A stretch of DNA of 64,000 bases from Candidatus Oxydemutatoraceae bacterium. GTDB lineage: Bacteria; Pseudomonadota; Gammaproteobacteria; Poriferisulfidales; Oxydemutatoraceae. A model generated the notes under the pieces. That model saw only the letters and a list, made by a program, of their open reading frames with translations. It was not told the DNA's origin and searched no databases. This document shows, one piece after another, positions 57,523-64,000 of this stretch. The stretch covers positions 320,001 to 384,000 of the forward strand of contig OZ244717.1 of the NCBI GenBank assembly GCA_965218975.1, in the 5' to 3' direction. Position numbers and translations under genes: made by a program. Position 1 is the first letter of the stretch. Every line of letters starts with the position of its first letter.

Positions 57523-58525
57523 CGCCAACAATCCTAAATTCTTAAGCATTGCGGGCACAGCTCTTCTCGAATGGATACTTGCCTCATTACTCGGGATTTT
57601 TCTGATAGTCGCATTAGAACGATTGTTTCAGACGATCGCTACCGATCATAGCTTTAGGGAGGCACAATCCGCCGCGATAATAACGTTGGCAGTAACCGAG
57701 CAAACCGTCAGTAAACGCTTGCACCTTAGTACCGCGCTTCCTTGCGGTAACACCCCGGGACAAATCAACCTTGTGAACGACGGAAGCGCTCTCTATTGGC
57801 TTGACCTGTTTGCAAGTGCAAAACAAATACATCCCTACGATAGCGAGGAAGCATCAGCGATTCGTCGCCTCGGCACTGCTGCGGGCGAACGCGCCGCCGG
57901 CAGCGATGTATTAGTGATTCTCGCCGCACAACAACCGATTCGGGTTGTCACACACAATGTTGAAGAGGGCATATTAGTTTTAGCCGAAGCTTCCTTATTG
58001 CGGCCCGGTGAATTTGCGATCGTCTGCGACCCGCAAGTAACCGCGTTATTCCAAATCACCCGGCAATTTGATCAAGGGCAGCGATTGGCATATCGTGGTG
58101 GCGGCGTGTCGCCGGGCAATTGTGCAAACGATTTTGATATAAATCGGCCGTGTGCCCCGAACACTGCTTACATATTTTCCGACCACGCCTTGCTCACGGT
58201 GTTTGAACCGGCTGTTCTGTTTGTCGGGCAATCGCATCATCCCGGTCGTCGTTCACTTTATCGCGAACGGCTCAGTCTGACTCAATCCGGCGATGGCAAC
58301 ATTCGTGCCGGCATGCGCCGCGAGGAAATTATTGAAGGTGTTGAAATTCTGCGTGCCCGCTCGCTAAGCGATAACGTGGTTGATTTTGGAATTGTCGCCG
58401 CCGCTCCATTACCGGTTGCCGACCTAACGCCCGCTTCCGTTCATTTGCTTGGCAGGGATGTTACATCATGGCTATCCGACCACGGAAGCTTATATGACGT
58501 AACGGAGTTCAGCGTTGCACTATAA
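57503..58525 (+). CDS. pilW: Type IV minor pilin PilW
   Basis: G|TALLEW, GSDVLV, AIVCD, EIIEGVE; gene order. Confidence 0.78.
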   Translation: MFRYILSANNPKFLSIAGTALLEWILASLLGIFLIVALERLFQTIATDHSFREAQSAAIITLAVTEQTVSKRLHLSTALPCGNTPGQINLVNDGSALYWLDLFASAKQIHPYDSEEASAIRRLGTAAGERAAGSDVLVILAAQQPIRVVTHNVEEGILVLAEASLLRPGEFAIVCDPQVTALFQITRQFDQGQRLAYRGGGVSPGNCANDFDINRPCAPNTAYIFSDHALLTVFEPAVLFVGQSHHPGRRSLYRERLSLTQSGDGNIRAGMRREEIIEGVEILRARSLSDNVVDFGIVAAAPLPVADLTPASVHLLGRDVTSWLSDHGSLYDVTEFSVAL

Positions 58526-58937
58526 ATATTTCATTGACCAATGTTTGGCGTATCCTCATTCGAAAACTCGTGGCAGTAGCCTGATTATTACTTTAGCATT
58601 ACTGTTGATTTTGACACCTTTAGCGCTCGGCAGCATGTACCGATTGCAATATCAGTCTCAAACCTTATATGCGCTAGACAACAAACGCCGCCTGCAAACC
58701 GAAGTCAGGCAGCAACTCGTTCTAGCCGCCGCAATTGCGCAGACGCTGCCGGCAAATATCTCAGTAGCCAATTCAAATTGGCAAATCACCGCCTTAGCCA
58801 ATACCGCCTCAACTCAAACCATCAGTTATTTTCAGCTCAGCGGGCAAGTTGAAAATGCTTCCGGTCGCGTTACCGCTCACGCCCTGTACCGACGCGGCAT
58901 TGATCCGGCAATACGGATGTTTCAGTTTGCTCAATAG
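58515..58937 (+). CDS. pilX: Type IV minor pilin PilX
   Basis: RG|SSLIITL lacking Glu5, as typical of PilX; gene order. Confidence 0.72.
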   Translation: MHYKYFIDQCLAYPHSKTRGSSLIITLALLLILTPLALGSMYRLQYQSQTLYALDNKRRLQTEVRQQLVLAAAIAQTLPANISVANSNWQITALANTASTQTISYFQLSGQVENASGRVTAHALYRRGIDPAIRMFQFAQ

Positions 58938-59352
58938 CTCGAATAACGCGAAATACGGTTGCCGTATTGCAGCCTTCTCTTTGCTTGAACTGCTGTTTGC
59001 AATGGTCATCAGCGCCATTATTTTATCGTTGGCGATCAACACTTATGATCGTTATCAAATAAAAATTCAATATTTAGACGGGCGCAATAAACTGCTTGAA
59101 ATCATGCAGAAACAGCATCACCATTTTGCCGAACATTTAACTTTCACCGACCAACTCGAATCTCTAGGGTTTTCCTCGATTGATCATGCCGTCTTATCCG
59201 ATCACCAACATTTTCGCATCCGTGCCGCACCTTGCCAAACCGTGATTGCTCAATGTGTCCGCTTAACCGCAACTGCAACCGATCCCACAAACGATGTTGA
59301 CACTTTAACTTTGGACTCCATGGGGCGCCGAACTCCAGCAGATATCTGGTAG
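58927..59352 (+). CDS. pilE: Type IV minor pilin PilE
   Basis: A|FSLLELL, LTATA, TLTLDSMG..W. Start uncertain; the ORF is open from 58849. Confidence 0.78.
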   Translation: MLNSSNNAKYGCRIAAFSLLELLFAMVISAIILSLAINTYDRYQIKIQYLDGRNKLLEIMQKQHHHFAEHLTFTDQLESLGFSSIDHAVLSDHQHFRIRAAPCQTVIAQCVRLTATATDPTNDVDTLTLDSMGRRTPADIW

Positions 59353-59413
59353 ATTGAACAAGTGAAAACAGGATTTATTAGTTTAAGGTAATTGCTTAAT
59401 TTTTTATATATTT

Positions 59414-59491
59414 TGCACGATGCCACCCTAAATGGGATTCTTGAATAGCTTCGGGGGAAGCGTTCGGCAGAAAGCACCGATCCGAATGTTA
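59414..59491. repeat. Rearranged copy of the 87-bp element
   Basis: 59414-59470 is the reverse complement of the element's right part, followed by its left part CAGAAAGCACCGATCCGAATGTTA in forward orientation. Confidence 0.85.
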
Positions 59492-59508
59492 TGGTCCTAT
59501 ACATATTG

Positions 59509-59537
59509 TTGACATGCTGTTGTAAAGTCAATATACT
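59509..59537 (+). promoter_or_regulatory. Near-consensus sigma70 promoter overlapped by an inverted repeat
   Basis: TTGACA-17 bp-TATACT; TTGAC-N13-GTCAA spans the -35 and spacer. Confidence 0.7.
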
Positions 59538-59622
59538 TTGACGCAAACCAAACAAGATGGCGCAACGCTTAGTGGCGTTACGGCGTTTAATAAAATACCC
59601 CGAATTCGAAGGAATGTAAGAT

Positions 59623-61149
59623 ATGAAAGAAATAACCCCGCGTCGTTTCCAGCGTGCCAGATTAACCGCCTTTCTCCTAATCAGCGGCTTTGCGTTAAGC
59701 GGTTGTTTTGATTCGGGCGGAAGCGGTTCAAGCGGCGCTTCGGTTGAGCGGTTTTTATACACGAGTAGCAATAGCAGTAGCGGGAATGAAATTATACGGA
59801 TGGGTATTGCTTCCGACGGCACACTCAGTAGTAGCACCGTAACTCGAATACCGACCCATGGTTTTGGCGATGCCGACGATGACGACTTTGACGGGCAACA
59901 TTCGTTGCATATCGTGCATAATTATCTGCTTGCCGTCAATGCCGGGGAAGATCCTGCATTTTCGGACATGAAATTTAATGGCGAGTTTGCCGCTCGCACC
60001 AGCGGCAACGGAACTATATCGGTATTTCGTTTTGAAGATGACGCTTTAACCCAAGTGCCGCAGGGAGAGGATTCTGCAAGCAGTAATGTGGAGTCGCACG
60101 GAATCAGACCGGTGAGTCTGACATCGGCAATAATCGACGATGTAACATGGGTATTAGTCGCAAACCAATACGACAATCCATTTTGTAAGTGGTTTGACGG
60201 CAAGGAGCCGCAATGTCCTGCTATTCCGTCGCCGCGTGAGGATGACAAACCGAGTATTGATGCGTTTAAATTCAATCCCGAGGACGGACAATTGACTTAT
60301 TCCGGCGAAATGGACCTTTTTAATTTCGGCGACAACGGCGGGCCGTCACAAGTTTCTTTTAGTCCGGACCGGAGCAAAGTTGCGGCAACGATGTGGGGAA
60401 TACCGTTTCTAAGTTCCACAGGAGTGGAAACGATAGATATATTGCGGAGTACAACTGTCAATACTTTCCGTGAAGGTGGGGTGTTCGTATGGGATGTGGA
60501 AGTACAGGATTCCACTCAGGGTTCCAATTTGATGCTTATCAAGCGCCGCTTTTGGTTTGAACCGGGGGTTTCGGGTAGTATCGGGTTTGTTTGGAGTCCG
60601 GATAGCCGGTATCTTTATGTAACAAACTTCAATGTCCCGATCAACGGGGATAGGAACTTCAGCGTAGTTTCGTTGGAAGATACGTCTTCGGAACTGACTC
60701 CTGTCGATCAGTCGGGAACACGCGACAATGACGGCGCGATGCAGGTGCGACATGCCGATGAGGCCTGTTGGGCATGGCTTGAACCCGACGGGAGCAGGCT
60801 TTATACGGCAAGTTTTAGCGGAAACATCGTGTCGTTCTTTGACGTGACACCCGAGACCGGCATGATTGATCACAATTCGTATTATCCTCGTCGTGACCAA
60901 GCGCTCCCATTTCCGATCGCTCCTTCTTTAAGAATATCCGAAGCTCCGGATACAAAGGATATTTACGTTTTATCGAACGGAACATTTCTCTATGTTTCCG
61001 GCGCATTAAATTCGCACACGATTTCAATTTATGCGGTGAACAGCAAGGGAACTTTAGTGGAAATAAATTCCTCGCCGTTTAGCGTCCCGTTTCCGGATGC
61101 AAGGACGGATAAGCGCGAAGAAGCATTTTTGGGTCTTGTCGGCTACTAA
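59623..61149 (+). CDS. Lipoprotein with lactonase-like beta-propeller
   Basis: Lipobox LSG|C; repeats FSPDRS, WSPDSRYLYV, EPDGSRLY, SNGTFLYV. Confidence 0.8.
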   Translation: MKEITPRRFQRARLTAFLLISGFALSGCFDSGGSGSSGASVERFLYTSSNSSSGNEIIRMGIASDGTLSSSTVTRIPTHGFGDADDDDFDGQHSLHIVHNYLLAVNAGEDPAFSDMKFNGEFAARTSGNGTISVFRFEDDALTQVPQGEDSASSNVESHGIRPVSLTSAIIDDVTWVLVANQYDNPFCKWFDGKEPQCPAIPSPREDDKPSIDAFKFNPEDGQLTYSGEMDLFNFGDNGGPSQVSFSPDRSKVAATMWGIPFLSSTGVETIDILRSTTVNTFREGGVFVWDVEVQDSTQGSNLMLIKRRFWFEPGVSGSIGFVWSPDSRYLYVTNFNVPINGDRNFSVVSLEDTSSELTPVDQSGTRDNDGAMQVRHADEACWAWLEPDGSRLYTASFSGNIVSFFDVTPETGMIDHNSYYPRRDQALPFPIAPSLRISEAPDTKDIYVLSNGTFLYVSGALNSHTISIYAVNSKGTLVEINSSPFSVPFPDARTDKREEAFLGLVGY

Positions 61150-61190
61150 AAGTGAGTCTTTTCGGAAGAAAAGATATAACTTAATAGGCA

Positions 61191-61931
61191 ATGCGCAACG
61201 CATTATTTTTGCTCGGTGTGGTACTGATGCTCGCGTTCGTTTGGAATCGGATGCTACCCTCCGCATCTGAAAGTGGTGCGGAGAAAAACGGGCACAACCA
61301 CGCGACAGCAAAAATGTCCGCTCCCACTATGATTCTTACGGCATCGGATGAAAAAGTGTCCGATTTGTCCGATGCAAAAGCGGTTCCGTCGCGGCAACTA
61401 TTCCCTCGTTCAATGATTGAAGCTGAATGGCAAATTTCCGAGGAGATTATTCCTTGGCTTGGCACTTTCGGCCCTTTCTCCAGAGAAGAACTCCGACAGT
61501 TTGCTTCAAACCCAAGCTTTATTCCGCGTTTTCTCGAGATTGGGCTTTCGGACAAGGAGGTACGCCCTGCAGATATCGGTCAAGGAGCAGAACAAAGAAG
61601 AAAAGTTCATTTTCGACACAACGCTTTACCGCAGTCTCGGGACGCTGCGATACCGCCTGATTTTCCAATCGATCAAAAAAGAATTTATGCTCACTTTACA
61701 TATCACAACCTCCCGCATGATCAGGTGCTGGTCAAATGGAGCGAGTCGGCGGAAAATGGGGAAGTGTTGTTGTTTAAGCGATATCCGCTGATTACTTCAA
61801 ATCAGCATCATTATGTTTGGTTTGATAAAGACGCTCCATGGGACCCGGGCGTTTATCGCGTTGAGATATTTTCCGCAGATGCCGACCTAACGGCGCTTGC
61901 GGCAGGAACTTATACGGTAAACGTTAATTAG
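61191..61931 (+). CDS. Hypothetical exported or membrane-anchored protein
   Basis: N-terminal hydrophobic helix; C-terminal beta-rich W.PGVYRVEI segment. Confidence 0.7.
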   Translation: MRNALFLLGVVLMLAFVWNRMLPSASESGAEKNGHNHATAKMSAPTMILTASDEKVSDLSDAKAVPSRQLFPRSMIEAEWQISEEIIPWLGTFGPFSREELRQFASNPSFIPRFLEIGLSDKEVRPADIGQGAEQRRKVHFRHNALPQSRDAAIPPDFPIDQKRIYAHFTYHNLPHDQVLVKWSESAENGEVLLFKRYPLITSNQHHYVWFDKDAPWDPGVYRVEIFSADADLTALAAGTYTVNVN

Positions 61932-62028
61932 TTAATTGCATAGATCACTTATCCTGTCGGACCCCATGAAGAAACCTGCATACTAGTGAAAAACTTTACA
62001 TCGCTATAGAATGCTTGTCGGAGGCACC

Positions 62029-62766
62029 ATGAAACGTACGCTCATACTCTTATTTATATTGCTTGTTTCGTCCGTCGCTTACGCGAAGGGAAGCGCCGTG
62101 CTTTACAAGGTTAACGGACAGTCTTATGAAGGCTATTTCGTGATGCCGTCTCCCGGCGCGCCGCTGGTGTTGCTCATCCACGATTGGGACGGTTTGACCG
62201 ATTATGAAATCCGTCGTGCCGAGATGCTTGCCGGGATGGGGTATGCAGTGTTTGCAGCCGACCTGTTCGGGGCAGGAGTACGACCGTCCGAACTTGCCGA
62301 TAAACGCCGGCACACCGGCGAGTTGTACGCAGACCGCAAGAAAATGCGTGCTGTACTACAAGGCGCGCTCAACACCGCCCAAGCGAAAGGCGCCAGCGTT
62401 CGCAACGCTGTGGCAATAGGCTACTGTTTCGGCGGGGCTGCCGTGCTTGAGCTGGCAAGATCAGGCGCGGCGCTCAAGGGATTTGTTACTTTCCACGGCG
62501 GCTTGAGCACCCCGCCTGGGCAAGGGTATGCCGACACTAAGGGAAAGCTGCTGATCCTGCACGGCACAGCAGATACTATCATCACGATGGATCAGTTTGC
62601 CGCACTCGGTAGCGAGCTGGAAAAAGCGAACGTTGACCACGAAATGATCACGTACGGCGGCGCGCCGCATGGGTTTACTGTATTCGGCTCAAATAACTAT
62701 CGGGAAGACGCCGATAGAAAGTCATGGCGACGGTTTTCGAAGTTTTTGGTTGATACGCTGGGATGA
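62029..62766 (+). CDS. Dienelactone hydrolase family protein
   Basis: GGAGG RBS, signal peptide, HDWDG, GYCFGG nucleophile motif, HGTAD, APHGF. Confidence 0.92.
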   Translation: MKRTLILLFILLVSSVAYAKGSAVLYKVNGQSYEGYFVMPSPGAPLVLLIHDWDGLTDYEIRRAEMLAGMGYAVFAADLFGAGVRPSELADKRRHTGELYADRKKMRAVLQGALNTAQAKGASVRNAVAIGYCFGGAAVLELARSGAALKGFVTFHGGLSTPPGQGYADTKGKLLILHGTADTIITMDQFAALGSELEKANVDHEMITYGGAPHGFTVFGSNNYREDADRKSWRRFSKFLVDTLG

Positions 62767-62845
62767 CGAACGTACTAGATATTTAAAAATATACACCGAG
62801 AGAATCTAAAATATATTAAATGGCGTCGTGCCGGTTCCGTCCGAA

Positions 62846-62950
62846 GAAATAACGGATGCCAATCTCGGTTATTCACCGTCTTTGGACTTCGTTTTTATCC
62901 CACGGCACATCGGAGAGGAAATAACGGATGCCAAGCTCGGTGATTCACCG
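62846..62950. repeat. Two 33-bp direct repeats with a 72-bp period
   Basis: GAAATAACGGATGCCAA(T/G)CTCGGT(T/G)ATTCACCG at 62846 and 62918. Confidence 0.8.
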
Positions 62951-63190
62951 GGAATACGGTAATGATAGATTGGCTTACATTAGAGTCACCACAGAGTCAC
63001 CACTAACTCATGGAGGGGCATTTTCCTTGTCGCAGGCTGCACAATTCACTAAGAATGCCGTCGCCGGATTGTGGCTGATCTTCTCCCACAAATTGAACAC
63101 TATGCGAAGGGAAGCTCGGTGCAAAATAGCTCCGGAGGAAACGAACCTCCCGAATAATCGGCCGTGTCTCCTTGAAGTTCAAATCAGAAA

Positions 63191-64000
63191 ATGCCGCACC
63201 TTTTTGAAGCATTAGAACATTCTGCTGCCAGCTGGCGTAAGAAGGGTTATCCTTGTGACGCCTATCCGCTCATAGGCGAAATTCTTGCTTACCAAACGGA
63301 AAAGCAGGAGGACAGGTCAACCCCGAAGTTTCTGCGCGAACCCCAATTCCTTGCCTTGGAGGTTTACTGGTATATCCGCCTTATACGGGAAACCCCTCAT
63401 ATCATAGACCTTTACAAGCATTATCACGGCAGCAATAAAGAAGATTTTTTTGATGCGCTTGGAATCTCAGTATCAAGAGATGCTTTGGAGTTTGCAGAAA
63501 TAGACGGAATGATTGAAAAAATTAAAAGGGATGAGGGTTTTGTCAAAGACAAAAGAATTCAAGCGTTGCACGAAGCCGTCAAATTAGACTATCCGAGCTA
63601 CATTTTTGCTTTGGCTATGGGTGCGGGCAAAACCGTTCTGATAGGGACGATTATCGCAACCGAGTTTGCAATGTCGCTGCGTTATCCCAAAGATAGATTT
63701 ATGAAAAATGCCCTCGTTTTTGCTCCGGGCACGACAATCATAGAAAGTTTGCGCGAACTCAGCGATATATCTTATGAGCAGATTTTGCCGCCCGGCCTTA
63801 ACCGCGATTTCCTTGCTAATTTGAAGATTGAATTTCCGGGCAAGGAAAAAGACATACAGGCGCAGAGAAACAGCAGTTATAACTTGATTGTTACCAATGT
63901 TGAAAAAATCAACCTGCGTGCCAGGCAGCGGGAGAATCAAACACAATTATCTTTTGAACACGAAGAAGCACAGGCGAATCTACGGCTTCAAAAGATCGCA
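63191..64000 (+). CDS. Type III restriction Res-like SF2 helicase, partial (runs off the window)
   Basis: Not in the ORF track because it has no stop. Translated by hand: MPHLFEALE..FLREPQFLALEVYWY..YIFALAMGAGKT..NALVFAPGTTI..VTNVEKI..ANLRLQKIA. Confidence 0.85.
   Translation, partial: MPHLFEALEHSAASWRKKGYPCDAYPLIGEILAYQTEKQEDRSTPKFLREPQFLALEVYWYIRLIRETPHIIDLYKHYHGSNKEDFFDALGISVSRDALEFAEIDGMIEKIKRDEGFVKDKRIQALHEAVKLDYPSYIFALAMGAGKTVLIGTIIATEFAMSLRYPKDRFMKNALVFAPGTTIIESLRELSDISYEQILPPGLNRDFLANLKIEFPGKEKDIQAQRNSSYNLIVTNVEKINLRARQRENQTQLSFEHEEAQANLRLQKIA

Noticed and set aside
63584-63946. 120-aa minus-strand ORF, and similar antisense ORFs over cas, RND and Sel1 genes
   Set aside because: They are shadows of well-supported genes on the opposite strand.

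Overview
Bacterial chromosomal window, probably gammaproteobacterial (inferred from pyrB-pyrC', ampD, gshA and the fimT-pilVWXE genes). The many defence genes and Sel1 proteins would fit a host-associated symbiont, which is also inference. Housekeeping genes (pyrB, pyrC', pyrK, yggS, macrodomain, ampD, gshA, pyrF) are followed by a ~34 kb defence island bounded by a perfect 22-bp direct repeat (10905-10926 and 44880-44901). The island holds two different complete type I-G (I-U) CRISPR interference modules in tandem, the first with a Cas3 carrying a degenerate C-terminal Fic domain. They share one cas4-cas1/cas2 module and a 73-repeat array. The island also holds a YhdJ-like adenine MTase, two IS1595 transposase copies, a decayed EcoRI-like R-M pair, and a tightly coupled five-gene operon: PAPS-reductase-like protein, cysteine desulfurase, GHKL ATPase and two unknown proteins. 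That operon looks like a sulfur-based DNA modification/defence system without recognisable DndBDE, SspBC or BREX partners, and is the best candidate for an undescribed system. Downstream are a TdeIII/MjaII-type R-M pair, two Sel1-repeat paralogues, an RND pump, fpr, minor type IV pilins, a beta-propeller lipoprotein, a dienelactone hydrolase and the start of a type III restriction helicase. A family of 98-bp tandem repeats carrying ANGGA-loop hairpins occurs at four loci. All assignments come from motif reading and recall; no database searches were run.
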